Source: an uncultured Bacillota bacterium (GTDB lineage: Bacteria; Sysuimicrobiota; Sysuimicrobiia; Sysuimicrobiales; Segetimicrobiaceae). From it: 64,000 nt of DNA. How positions within the stretch are numbered: the stretch's first letter is position 1; every line of letters begins with the position of its first letter. Shown piece after piece: positions 29,769 through 39,732 of the stretch. The position numbers and the translations under genes are program-made. A model generated the notes under the pieces. It had not been told where the DNA came from, did no database searches, and worked only from the letters and a program-made list of their open reading frames with translations. Location of the stretch: contig CAWDRG010000001.1 in the NCBI GenBank assembly GCA_963804645.1, positions 128,696 to 192,695 on the forward strand, in the 5' to 3' direction.

Positions 29769-31367
29769 ATGCGCAGACACATGGGTATCGGCGCTACCGT
29801 CGCGACCCTGGCGATCACGACCATGCTGGTCGGCGGCCTCATCGCCGTCCCGGGCTCCGTCACCGGGTGGGCGGCGGCACCGGCCACGTTCATCTGGGGG
29901 AAATCCGGAGAGGCGGATACCCTTGACAGCCCGATCAGCACGAGCGGTGAGACCTACGCGGTCACGACCCAAATCTTCAACGCGCTCGTGCGCATGAAGC
30001 CCGGGGGCACCGACATCGAGCCCGACTTGGCCACGAGCTGGTCGGTGTCGTCAGACGGCCTCACGTGGACGTTCAAACTGCGCCAGGGTGTGACCTTCCA
30101 GGACGGCACCCCGTGGAACGCCGCGGCGGCGAAGTTCAACGTCGACCGGTGGGCCGACGCCAAGAACCCGCTCCACACCGTCCCCCAGGGCTTCGTGTAT
30201 GAGTACTGGAACGACTTCATGGCGCCCTCGTTCCAGGAGGCGCGGGTCGTCGACCCGTACACGCTGCAGTTCGTCCTGACGAAGCCGAACGCCCCCCTGA
30301 TCTACAATCTCTCGATCATCGCGTTCTCCTTCACCAGCCCCGCGGCGCTGCAACAGTACGGTGCGGTGGGAAGCGGCCAGCACCCGGTGGGCACCGGCCC
30401 CTTCAAGTTCGTCGAGTGGGCGCACAACGACCACATCACGCTGGAAGCGAATCCGTCGTTTTTCCGCACGGGCCTGCCAAAGCTCCAGCGCGTGATCATG
30501 CGCGTGATGCCTGACAATGCGGCGCGGTTCCTCGCGCTCAAGGCGGGCGAGATCCAGGCGATGGAGCTGCCGAACCCCGACGACGTCAAGGCCGCGGCGG
30601 CCGACCCGAACCTCGCGGTCATCTACCGACCGCCGTTCAACACCGGCTGGCTCCGGTTCAACATGAACGACACCCAGTGGCAGGACAAGCGCGTGCGCGA
30701 GGCCGTGGCGCTCGCGATCAACCGGAAGGCGATCGTGGATGCGCTCTACGGCGGCTACGGCGTCGTCGCGGACCAGCACATGCCCCCGGGCATGTGGGGC
30801 CGCGCGAACGTGTCGGGCTATCCCTACAACCCGGCCATGGCCAAGCAGCTGCTCGCCGAGGCCGGGTATCCGAACGGGTTCTCGTTTGACTTCTGGTACC
30901 TGCCGATCGCCCGCGCGTATTTCCCGAACGGCAAAGACATCGGGACCGCGATCGCGAACGACCTCGGCCGGGTCGGCATTAAGGCCCAGCTGATGACCGA
31001 GGACTGGACGACCTACGGCCACGACCGGAATACCAACAAGTTCCAGCTGTTCATGATCGGCTGGAGCGGCGACGACGGCGACCCCGACGATTGGCTCGGC
31101 TTCTTTTTCCCGCGGTACGATGCGACCAACGCCTACCTCTCCTACAACAACCCGGCCGTGTTCGACCTCGTCAACAAGGCGAAGGTCGTCTCCGGGCAGG
31201 CCGCGCGGGCGCAGCTGTATGCGCAGGCCGAAACGATGATCCTCAACGATTATCGGGACGTGCCGATCGCGCACTCGCGGGTGCCGCTGCTGCTCCGGAA
31301 GAACGTCGACGGGCTGGTCGGCCAGCCGAACGGCAGCGAGTATATGGAAACGGTGTCGTTACACTGA
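29769..31367 (+). CDS. Second family-5 substrate-binding protein (paralogue of 27647-29248)
   Basis: Same motifs, with long identical stretches to the upstream SBP. Confidence 0.93.
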   Translation: MRRHMGIGATVATLAITTMLVGGLIAVPGSVTGWAAAPATFIWGKSGEADTLDSPISTSGETYAVTTQIFNALVRMKPGGTDIEPDLATSWSVSSDGLTWTFKLRQGVTFQDGTPWNAAAAKFNVDRWADAKNPLHTVPQGFVYEYWNDFMAPSFQEARVVDPYTLQFVLTKPNAPLIYNLSIIAFSFTSPAALQQYGAVGSGQHPVGTGPFKFVEWAHNDHITLEANPSFFRTGLPKLQRVIMRVMPDNAARFLALKAGEIQAMELPNPDDVKAAAADPNLAVIYRPPFNTGWLRFNMNDTQWQDKRVREAVALAINRKAIVDALYGGYGVVADQHMPPGMWGRANVSGYPYNPAMAKQLLAEAGYPNGFSFDFWYLPIARAYFPNGKDIGTAIANDLGRVGIKAQLMTEDWTTYGHDRNTNKFQLFMIGWSGDDGDPDDWLGFFFPRYDATNAYLSYNNPAVFDLVNKAKVVSGQAARAQLYAQAETMILNDYRDVPIAHSRVPLLLRKNVDGLVGQPNGSEYMETVSLH

Positions 31368-31527
31368 CCGGTTCCGACAGACGACGCGCGGTCGGAGGGC
31401 GAGCGCCTTGGGTCCGATGGAGGGCTACCGGTGAGACACAGACAGAGGAACCTCCCACGGCGGTAGCGCGGCCCCGGGGCCGGGGGGCGGCGCCGTCCGC
31501 CCCCGTGCCGACGCGAGCCCTCTTCCG

Positions 31528-32532
31528 ATGAGCCGGTACATCCTCCGGCGCGCCGCGGCCCTCCTCCCCATCCTGCTGGGGGTGTCGGTCATCTCGTTTC
31601 TCATGATCCATCTGCTGCCGGCGGACCCCGCGGTCGCCTACCTCGGCGAGCACGCGACGCCGGAGGCGATCATCCGGGTCCGGCACGAGTTCGGACTCGA
31701 CCGGCCGCTGCCGGTGCAGTACGCCGTCTACATCGCAGACGTCGTCCGCGGCAACTTCGGCGACTCGCTCGACAGCCACCGGCCGGTGCTGGTCGAGTTC
31801 GCGCCGCGGTTCCCGGCGACGGTCGAGCTCACGTTCGGCGCGATCACGATCGCGCTCCTCGTGGGGATCCCCGTCGGTCTCATGTCCGCGGCGCGCCCCA
31901 ACTCGATCCTGGACCGACTCGGCATGGCGATGGCGCTGACGGGCGTCTCGATGCCGGTGTTCTGGCTCGGCCTGATGCTCGTGTACGTGTTCAGCGTGTA
32001 CTTCCACGCGCTGCCGACCTCGGGGCAGATCGGCGTCGATGCCTCCCTCGTGCCGCTCACGCACATCGACCTTCTGGACGCCATCCTGACCGGCAACGGC
32101 GCCGCCGCGTGGGACGTGGTGCGGCATCTCATCCTGCCGAGCATCACGCTCTCGACGCCGTCCATGGCGATCATCGCGCGGATGACGCGGGCGTCGATGC
32201 TCGACGCCCTTCACCAAGACTACATCCGCACGGCCCGCGCGAAGGGACTCGCGGCGTGGGTCGTGGTGATCGGACACGGCCTGCGGAACGCGCTGCTGCC
32301 CGTGGTGACCGTCATCGGGCTGTCGGTCGGGGGGCTGCTGAGCGGGGCCATCCTCACCGAGACGATCTTCTCGTGGCCCGGCGTCGGCCGGTACATGTAC
32401 GACTCGATTCTCTTCCGCGACTACCCGGTCATTCTCGCCGGCATTCTCTTGTTCTCGCTGTTCTTCATGCTCGTCAACCTGGCCGTGGATGTGCTGTATG
32501 CTTTCCTCGACCCCCGAATCCGCTACGCGTAG
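31528..32532 (+). CDS. Peptide ABC permease (DppB-like)
   Basis: FGLDRPLPVQY, FPATVEL, DYIRTARAKGL, TETIFSWPGVG. Confidence 0.93.
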   Translation: MSRYILRRAAALLPILLGVSVISFLMIHLLPADPAVAYLGEHATPEAIIRVRHEFGLDRPLPVQYAVYIADVVRGNFGDSLDSHRPVLVEFAPRFPATVELTFGAITIALLVGIPVGLMSAARPNSILDRLGMAMALTGVSMPVFWLGLMLVYVFSVYFHALPTSGQIGVDASLVPLTHIDLLDAILTGNGAAAWDVVRHLILPSITLSTPSMAIIARMTRASMLDALHQDYIRTARAKGLAAWVVVIGHGLRNALLPVVTVIGLSVGGLLSGAILTETIFSWPGVGRYMYDSILFRDYPVILAGILLFSLFFMLVNLAVDVLYAFLDPRIRYA

Positions 32533-33412
32533 CGCCGGGCCCGCGGCCGCGGGCCGGACCGAGGGCCGGTCCACGCTGCGCCTCGCCGTGCGCCGATTTT
32601 GGCGCAACGCGAACGCGCGCGCGGGGTTCATCCTCATCGTGCTGTTCGCGCTGATCGCCGTCTTCGCGCCGCTCATCGCCCCCTACGGGTACGACAGCGA
32701 AAACCTGGTCAACCGGCTCAAGCCGCCGAGTGCGGCCCATTGGTTCGGGACGGACGGGCTCGGCCGGGACGTGTACAGCCGGGTCCTCGACGGGGCTCGC
32801 ATCTCGATGACCGTCGGGTTCGTCGCGGTGTCGGGGGCGCTCGCGACCGGTGCGCTGCTCGGCGTGACGGCCGGCTACGTCGGCGGGCGGACCGACGGGG
32901 TGATCATGCGCTTCATGGACGTCATGCTCGCGTTCCCGTCCATTATCCTGGCGATCGGCATCGTCGCGATGCGGGGCCCCGGCCTCAACAACACGATCCT
33001 GGCGGTCAGCGTGGTGCACATCCCGGCGTTCGCCCGGATCGCGCGCTCGTCCACCCTCGCGATCAAGGCGCACGAGTATGTCACCGCGGCGCAGGCCGTC
33101 GGCGCGCGGTCGCTGCGCGTGCTGCTCCGCACGATCCTGCCGAACGCCGCGTCCCCGCTCGTCGTCCAGGCCACGCTCGGCATCGGCACCGCGATTCTCG
33201 ACGCTGCGGGGCTCGGCTTCCTCGGCCTGGGCGCGCAGCCGCCGTCTCCGGAATGGGGCGCGATGCTGGCCGACAGCTACAGCTACCTGCTGACGGCGTT
33301 CTGGGCGGCCCTCGCACCGGGCGTGGCGATTGCGCTGGTGGTACTGAGCTTCAACCTCGCGGGTGACGGCCTGCACGACGCCCTCGACCCCCGCCTGTCC
33401 GGCGGTTCCTGA
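32498..33412 (+). CDS. Peptide ABC permease (DppC-like)
   Basis: HWFGTDGLGRD, EYVTAAQAVGA, LGFLGLG, GDGLHDALDPR; start uncertain. Confidence 0.92.
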   Translation: MLSSTPESATRSAGPAAAGRTEGRSTLRLAVRRFWRNANARAGFILIVLFALIAVFAPLIAPYGYDSENLVNRLKPPSAAHWFGTDGLGRDVYSRVLDGARISMTVGFVAVSGALATGALLGVTAGYVGGRTDGVIMRFMDVMLAFPSIILAIGIVAMRGPGLNNTILAVSVVHIPAFARIARSSTLAIKAHEYVTAAQAVGARSLRVLLRTILPNAASPLVVQATLGIGTAILDAAGLGFLGLGAQPPSPEWGAMLADSYSYLLTAFWAALAPGVAIALVVLSFNLAGDGLHDALDPRLSGGS

Positions 33413-33448
33413 CGCGGGTCCCGAATCCGCCGGGCGTGCGGCGCGGGC

Positions 33449-34948
33449 CTACCCTCCGACGCCGGAGCGATCGGACCCCGCGGGAGCCGCGAGGCGCGCG
33501 GCGGCGCAGTCGTTGAGCACCCGCTCGGCGGCGGTCTCACCCGACCGGATGCAGTCGGGAATCCCGACGCCGCGGTAGGCGCTGCCGGCCAGCGCAAACG
33601 CCCGGTGCCGCGCGGCGCGGACCTCGATCTGCTCGACGCGGGCGAGATGCCCGACGAGATACTGCGGCATCGCCTTCGGATGGCGGTGCACGCGCACCAG
33701 GTGGGGCCGTCCGCTGATGCCGAGGAGCCGGCCGAGCGCGCCCTCCGCGGCGCCGATGAGCGCGCCGTCCTCCTCCTCGATGTCGTCGGGCCGCAGCGCC
33801 CCGCCGAGAAACGCCCGCAGCAGCACGCGCCCTTCCGGGGCGCGCCCCTCGAACTTGATGCTCGAAAAGGTACAGGCGAGGAGCGGCAGCCGCTCGATTG
33901 CCGGCACCACGAACCCAAACCCGTCGAGCGGATGGCGGATCTGCTCGCGCCGATACGCGAACGTCACCCCGACGGACGAGGCGTAGGGCACGGCGCCGAG
34001 GAGGCCGGCCAGCCCGGCGTCCAGCCGCGACAGGAGTGCCGCGGCCCGGTGCGCCGGCGCAGCCACGATGATGCCGTCGGCGGACAGCGGCGGCCCCCCG
34101 TCGACCTCCACGCGATACCCCGCGCCGGCCTTCGCCGTCACCGAGCGCACCCGCGTGCCGAGGCGCATCGCCCCAAACGGGAGCCGCAGCGCGAGCGTGT
34201 CGATGAGGGTGCCCATCCCGCCGCGCGGCGCGGCGAACAGCGTCCACCGCGGGCCGCTCTCCTGCCGCGCGCGGGCCGCCCGCTCCTGGCGCCGCTGCGC
34301 GCGCAGCAGGGCCAAGATGAGGCTGCGGTCGCGGCGCTCCATCTCGAGAAACCGCGGCATCGTCGCCGCGAGGCTCAGGGTGTCGGGGTCGGCCGTGTAG
34401 ATGCCCGCGATCATCGGCTGCGCCACGCGCTCGAGCACCTCCCGGCCGAAGCGGCGCGTGACGAACGATCCGAGGCTCTCGTCATCGCGCGCCGGACCGC
34501 GCGGCAGCACCAGATCGAGGGCAAGGCGGGCCTTCCCGGACCAGCTGAACAGGCGTGACCGCACGACCGATCCGAACCGCGTGGGCGCCATCAGCGCAAA
34601 CCCGTCCGGCAGCGCCACGAGGCGCCCGCGGCGCACGACGTACGTCCGCCTCCGGTCCCGCCGCGTGGCGATCACGCCGCCCGCGAGCGCGAGGCGCTCG
34701 CACAGGGCGAGCGCCCACGGCTTTTCGGTCAGAAACGAATCCGGGCCCGACTCGATGAGGTAGTCGTCCGCCCGCTCGGTCGCGATGGTCCCGCCGGGCC
34801 GATCGGCGGCCTCGCACACGGCCACCTCGACCGACACGCCGAGCGTGGGCGCGATCTCGAGGACGCGGTGCGCCGCCGCGAGCCCGGCGATCCCCCCGCC
34901 GATGATGGCGATGCGCGTCGGCCGCGGGGCCTCCGGGCCGAGGCTCAC
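33449..34948 (-). CDS. hemG: Coproporphyrinogen/protoporphyrinogen oxidase (HemY/CgoX type)
   Basis: IIGGGIAGLAAA FAD motif, ESGPDSF, GIY, MPQY, GVGIPDC; GTG after GGAGG. Confidence 0.93.
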   Translation of the reverse strand: MSLGPEAPRPTRIAIIGGGIAGLAAAHRVLEIAPTLGVSVEVAVCEAADRPGGTIATERADDYLIESGPDSFLTEKPWALALCERLALAGGVIATRRDRRRTYVVRRGRLVALPDGFALMAPTRFGSVVRSRLFSWSGKARLALDLVLPRGPARDDESLGSFVTRRFGREVLERVAQPMIAGIYTADPDTLSLAATMPRFLEMERRDRSLILALLRAQRRQERAARARQESGPRWTLFAAPRGGMGTLIDTLALRLPFGAMRLGTRVRSVTAKAGAGYRVEVDGGPPLSADGIIVAAPAHRAAALLSRLDAGLAGLLGAVPYASSVGVTFAYRREQIRHPLDGFGFVVPAIERLPLLACTFSSIKFEGRAPEGRVLLRAFLGGALRPDDIEEEDGALIGAAEGALGRLLGISGRPHLVRVHRHPKAMPQYLVGHLARVEQIEVRAARHRAFALAGSAYRGVGIPDCIRSGETAAERVLNDCAAARLAAPAGSDRSGVGG

Positions 34949-34982
34949 GGGACGCCTCCGACGGCGCGCCTCGCGGGCCGCG

Positions 34983-35915
34983 TCATCCGCGCCCGGTGAG
35001 GCGCTCGACTTGGTCGGCCAACATGCCGATGAACGCGGGATGATCCAGCACCGTCCCGGCCCGGTGAAATCCGAGCGCCAGCTCCGCGGCCGTCTCACGG
35101 GCCTCGGTATCGAGATCGTACAGCACCTCGATGTGGTCCGAGACGAATCCGATCGGCACGGTCACGATCTCGCGCACGCCGTCCGCGGCCAGCCCGCGGA
35201 TAACGTCGCGCACGTCGGGATCGAGCCACGGGTCGCGCGGGTCCCCGCTGCGGCTCTGGTAGGCCACGGACCAGCGGGGGTGGGCGAGGCGCTCCGCGAC
35301 GAGGCGCGCAGACGCGGTCACCTGGGCCACGTACGGCGACGCGTCCGCCATGCGCACCGGGATGCTGTGCGCCGTGAACACCACCGGGACGGCCTCGCGG
35401 CGGGATGCCGGGATCTCTGCGAGCGTGGTCGCCAGCCGATCCGCCTGCGCCTCGATGAACCCCGGGCGGTCAAACCACGGCGCGATGTACTCGACCTTGG
35501 GGGCCCCGGCACCGATCTGTGCGCGCGCCTCCTCCACGTTTTCCTGATACTGCTCCCAGCTCGAGTAGCTCTGCTGCGGGGCCATGATCACGCCGACCGC
35601 GCGGCGCACGCCGCGCGCGCTGAGCTCCGCCAGCGCGTCCGCCAGGTACGGGGTCCAGTTCCGCATCCCGACGTGGGCCGAGAGCGCGCGGCCGCGCGCG
35701 CGGAGCTCCGCCTCCAGGGCCGCCGCCTGGCGCCGCGTCAGCTCCGTCAGCGGCGAGTGACCGCCGAACAGCTCGTAGTGATGCGCGACCTCGTCGATGC
35801 GGGCCTGCGGCACCCGCCGGCCGCGCAGGACGTTGGCCAGATAGGGACGGATGTCCGCGGGGCGGTCCGGGCCGCCGTACGCGATCAGCAGGACGGCGCC
35901 GTACGGCTCGGTCAC
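34983..35915 (-). CDS. hemH: Ferrochelatase (CpfC/HemH)
   Basis: YGGP, GGHSPL, FTAHSIP, YQSRSG..PWLDPD, GFVSDHIEVLYDLD. Confidence 0.95.
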   Translation of the reverse strand: MTEPYGAVLLIAYGGPDRPADIRPYLANVLRGRRVPQARIDEVAHHYELFGGHSPLTELTRRQAAALEAELRARGRALSAHVGMRNWTPYLADALAELSARGVRRAVGVIMAPQQSYSSWEQYQENVEEARAQIGAGAPKVEYIAPWFDRPGFIEAQADRLATTLAEIPASRREAVPVVFTAHSIPVRMADASPYVAQVTASARLVAERLAHPRWSVAYQSRSGDPRDPWLDPDVRDVIRGLAADGVREIVTVPIGFVSDHIEVLYDLDTEARETAAELALGFHRAGTVLDHPAFIGMLADQVERLTGRG

Positions 35916-35925
35916 GCGCCCACCC

Positions 35926-36972
35926 TCACCCACGCGCCGCGCTCATCTCGTGCACGGCCTCGACCATGGCCACCACGTGCCGCCACGGCGTCTCCGGTAG
36001 GATGCCGTGCCCGAGGTTGAAAATGTGCCCGGGCCGGCCCGCCGCGGCGTCGAGCACCCCGCGCACGCCGCGCCGGATCTCCTCGGGCGACGACAGCAGC
36101 AGCACCGGGTCGAGGTTGCCCTGGACGGCGACGCCGCCGCCGAGCCGATCCCATGCCTGTCCGAGGTCGACGCGCCAGTCGAGCCCGATCACGTCGCCGC
36201 CCGCGTCACGCATCGCCTCGAGCAGGCCCGCGGTGCCGACCCCGAAGTGGATCACGGGCACGCCGCCCGTGATCGACGTGATGACGCGGCGCGTGTACGG
36301 CAGGACGTAGCGGCGGTAGTCGGCGGGGGACAGACAGCCGATCCAGCTGTCGAAGAGCTGGACGGCGTCGGCGCCGGCGGCGATCTGGCCGTTGAGATAG
36401 CGCGCGGTCAGCGCCGCCAGGCGGCTCATCAAGCCGTCCCACACCTCCGGCTCGGCGCGCATGAGCCGCTTCGTCTCGAGGAAGGCCCGCGAGGGCTGTC
36501 CTTCCACGAGGTAGGACGCAACCGTGAAGGGCGCCCCGGCAAACCCGATCAGCGGCACGCGGCCGTCGAGCCCCTGCCGCGCCAGCCGAACCGTCTCGAA
36601 GACGAACGGGACCCCCTCCGCCGGATCGACGTCGGGCAGCCGCCGCACCTGCTCCAGCGTCCGCACCGGCCGCGCGATCAGGGGCCCCTCGCCCTTCACG
36701 TACGACAGCCCCACCCCGAGCGGCTCGAGCAGGAGCAGGATATCGGCGAAGATGATCGCCGCGTCCACGCCAAGCACGTCGACGGTGCGCACGGTCACCC
36801 CGGCCGCCGCCTCCGGCGTCTTGCACAGGTCGAGCAGGCTCATGCGCGACCGCACCGCCTGGTACTCGGGCAGGTAGCGGCCGATCTGCCGCATCGCCCA
36901 GACGGGCGTGTACGCGGTCGGCTCGCGCCGGCACGCCCGGAGGAACGGCTGGGACGGGGCCGGACCGCTCAT
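35926..36972 (-). CDS. hemE: Uroporphyrinogen decarboxylase
   Basis: PVWAMRQIGRYLPEY, IIFADIL, QGNLDP, IFNLGHG; ATG overlaps the upstream TGA. Confidence 0.96.
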   Translation of the reverse strand: MSGPAPSQPFLRACRREPTAYTPVWAMRQIGRYLPEYQAVRSRMSLLDLCKTPEAAAGVTVRTVDVLGVDAAIIFADILLLLEPLGVGLSYVKGEGPLIARPVRTLEQVRRLPDVDPAEGVPFVFETVRLARQGLDGRVPLIGFAGAPFTVASYLVEGQPSRAFLETKRLMRAEPEVWDGLMSRLAALTARYLNGQIAAGADAVQLFDSWIGCLSPADYRRYVLPYTRRVITSITGGVPVIHFGVGTAGLLEAMRDAGGDVIGLDWRVDLGQAWDRLGGGVAVQGNLDPVLLLSSPEEIRRGVRGVLDAAAGRPGHIFNLGHGILPETPWRHVVAMVEAVHEMSAARG

Positions 36973-37652
36973 CAACGGGTGTCCATCGTCTTGATCATCG
37001 GGCGCAGACGCGTGTACAGCTCGGCGGTCGCCCGCGCGTCCCCGAGGCAGTAGCGGGCGACGTCGAGGATCCGGCCCTCGCGGACGAGCGCGCCGACATC
37101 CGCACCCTGCACGTCCCGCTTCGACGACGCGATGCCGAACTGCCGGCACCAGAACTCGAATTTGTACTGGGGACGCGCGCCGTAAAATGAGAGGATGTCC
37201 ATCAAGTCGCAGTGCTCGCGGAGCCCGTAGCGGTACGGAACCAAGTTGCGGCTCGGCTCGACGCCGACGATCGCCGAGCGGACCATCAGGTACGGCCCGT
37301 CGAACCCGCGTCCGTGAAAGGTAACGATCGTCCCCGCGTCGCGCACGAGCTTCCAAAACTCGCGCAGCAGCACGGGTTCGGGACCGCGGAGGATCTGCGA
37401 TCGCTCCTCGAACCCCGTCCACTCCGCCTCGGGCCCGTCGGCGAGGACCGTGCCGCGGCCCTCGTCCACGTACCAGATCCCGATCGCGACGACGCGGCCG
37501 GTCGCCGGATTCAGGCCGAGCCGGTTCGGGACATCGTCGCGCTTCGACTCGTCCCGCTCGCGGTCCCGCAGGTAGCTCTGCATCTCGGGGGCGAGTTCGT
37601 CCCACTCACACCCGGCCGTCTCGATGTCGAGGGCGATCGTGGCGTTGGGCAT
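36972..37652 (-). CDS. Stand-alone DEDDy 3'-5' exonuclease (PolB-exonuclease/RNase H-like)
   Basis: ExoI ALDIET, ExoII FHGRGFD, ExoIII YCLGD. Confidence 0.85.
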   Translation of the reverse strand: MPNATIALDIETAGCEWDELAPEMQSYLRDRERDESKRDDVPNRLGLNPATGRVVAIGIWYVDEGRGTVLADGPEAEWTGFEERSQILRGPEPVLLREFWKLVRDAGTIVTFHGRGFDGPYLMVRSAIVGVEPSRNLVPYRYGLREHCDLMDILSFYGARPQYKFEFWCRQFGIASSKRDVQGADVGALVREGRILDVARYCLGDARATAELYTRLRPMIKTMDTR

Positions 37653-37807
37653 CGCTACCGCTGGACCGTCGGAGAGGCGCCGGGCGCAGGAGCGCTCCCG
37701 GCGGGCGCGAACGTCGGAGCTGGACCGCAGACACGAGGCACGGTAGCACGATAGCAAGCCACGGCGCGGCGGTCAACCGCGCGCGGTGCTCCAAGGAGCG
37801 TGACGGC

Positions 37808-38029
37808 GTGCGGATTTCGGTCCACGTGATTCCGCGGGCACGGCGTCCCCGGGTCGAGCCGCTGGCCGACGGGTCGCTCCGCATCGCGGTAACGGCCCCG
37901 CCTCACGACGGTCAGGCCAACGCCGCGGTGATCGAGGCGCTCGCCGCGCACTTCGGGGTGCCTCGCTCGCGCGTGCGGATCGTCAGCGGCCAGCGCGGCC
38001 GCCGGAAACTCGTCGACCTCCCGGGGTGA
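37808..38029 (+). CDS. DUF167/YggU family protein
   Basis: VHVIPRA, VTAPPHDGQANAA, IVSGQRGRRK; AAGGAG SD. Confidence 0.9.
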   Translation: MRISVHVIPRARRPRVEPLADGSLRIAVTAPPHDGQANAAVIEALAAHFGVPRSRVRIVSGQRGRRKLVDLPG

Positions 38030-38060
38030 CGCGCCGGGCCGGGCCCCGCCGCCGTCGGCC

Positions 38061-38813
38061 TCACGCCATCGTCGACCCACCGTTCACGTCCACGCACTGC
38101 CCGGTCACGAATCGGCCGTCCTCGGAGGCCAGATACACGGCCGCACGCGCGACGTCGTCGGGATCGCCGAACCGCCGCAGCGGCAGCTCGGCGGCACGGG
38201 CCGCCCGGCGCTCCGGGGATGTGAGATGCCGGTTCATATCGGTGATGATGCCCCCGGGACAGATCGCGTTCACGGTGATCCCGTATCGCCCGACCTCGCG
38301 GGCGAGCGACTTGGTGTACATGAGGACGAATCCCTTCGTACCGGAGTACACCGCAAAGTTCTCCGCGCCGACGTGACCGAGCTGTGACGAGAGGTTGATG
38401 ATGCGCCCCCCCGTCCGGGCGATCATCGACGGCAGCAGCGCGCGGGTCAGCGTGAGGATGCCGTAGATGTTGACGTCGATCATCTCGGTCCACGTCGCGG
38501 GATCCTGGCTCGCGAACGCCGCCACGTCCATGACTGCGGCGTTGTTCACCAGCAGATCGACGCGGCCGAACGTCCCGAGCGCGGCCTCGGCGAGTGCCGC
38601 GGTGTCCGAGGGGCGCGCGACGTCGGCCCGCACGACCAGCGCCCGCCGACCGGCGCGCTCGATCTCGGCCGCGACCTCCGCCGCGTCATGCTCGGCGCTC
38701 CGATAGTTCACGACCACGTCGGCGCCCTCACGCGCAAACCGGAGCGCGGTCGCCCGCCCAAACCCGCGGCTCGCACCGGTGATCACCGCGACCTTATCCG
38801 TGAGCCTCCCCAT
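38061..38813 (-). CDS. Short-chain dehydrogenase/reductase
   Basis: TGASRGFG, NNA, YxxxK (YSGTK), ICPG. Confidence 0.93.
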   Translation of the reverse strand: MGRLTDKVAVITGASRGFGRATALRFAREGADVVVNYRSAEHDAAEVAAEIERAGRRALVVRADVARPSDTAALAEAALGTFGRVDLLVNNAAVMDVAAFASQDPATWTEMIDVNIYGILTLTRALLPSMIARTGGRIINLSSQLGHVGAENFAVYSGTKGFVLMYTKSLAREVGRYGITVNAICPGGIITDMNRHLTSPERRAARAAELPLRRFGDPDDVARAAVYLASEDGRFVTGQCVDVNGGSTMA

Positions 38814-39010
38814 CGCGTCCTCCAGAGCCTCGTGTGCGCTGCCAGCGTGAACCCGCGGCGGCCGTACCCGTCCGGGCCATCAGGTTGTGCGCCCGTCGCG
38901 GCCGTTCCCCTGCGGCCGGGCCGGATCGCGAGACAGGCGGTGGACACGCAGGCGGTCGAACTGGAACGATCGTTGACGAGGTCGGCCGTGTGAGGAGCCC
39001 GCCGGATGAG

Positions 39011-39469
39011 CTACTTCACCTTGCTGCGATCCCGCAGCAGCTGGATCTCCTTCGTCAGGCTCACGATGGTCTGCCGCAGCCGGCGGTTCTCCTCTTCGAG
39101 GCTGCCCCGCTTCGAGACATCGGCCGCGCGATAGGCGTGGCTGGTTCCCTGGAGCCCCTTCTGGATCTTCTCCTCGACGACCGCCACGGTCTGCAGCCGC
39201 TCGCGGATCAAGTCCCGCTGCTCTCGTTCGTGCGCGACCTGCGCCATGACCGTGGCGCCCAGGAGGCCGATGCCCCCGACGACCGGGATCCAGGCGTTCG
39301 CGCTGATGACGGCCGTCAGCGTCTTCCACCACACCTGTTTGTACAGGTTCGAGAACAGCGCCGCCTCGGCGAGACCCAATCCGGGAATGAAGGCAACGGA
39401 GAGGTGGAGGAACAGCCCAAACAGCAGGATGCCCCAGAACATCTGTAGCGGCCCGAACAATCGACTCAT
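39011..39469 (-). CDS. Hypothetical membrane protein with C-terminal coiled coil
   Basis: Two hydrophobic segments, then LEEENRRLRQTIVSLTKEIQLL. Confidence 0.65.
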   Translation of the reverse strand: MSRLFGPLQMFWGILLFGLFLHLSVAFIPGLGLAEAALFSNLYKQVWWKTLTAVISANAWIPVVGGIGLLGATVMAQVAHEREQRDLIRERLQTVAVVEEKIQKGLQGTSHAYRAADVSKRGSLEEENRRLRQTIVSLTKEIQLLRDRSKVK

Positions 39470-39732
39470 CGATCACCAGGCGCCGCCCGAACCACCGGCC
39501 CGCGACGTGCGCAGTTCACTATTATACCCAAATGGGACTCCACCGATACACCGCCCGCACGGAGACCCAGCGATGAGGAATAGGACCTGGCAAGCCGGAG
39601 GGCTGGGACCGCATCGCGGAAGGGTCAAACGAGCGTGATAGGGAGGGAGCTCGAAGCGATGACTTCGAGAAGCGGAACATAGCAGCGAGCACAGCGAGTA
39701 CGAGAGCCGGAGCAGCCGCCAGCGAACCGCTC

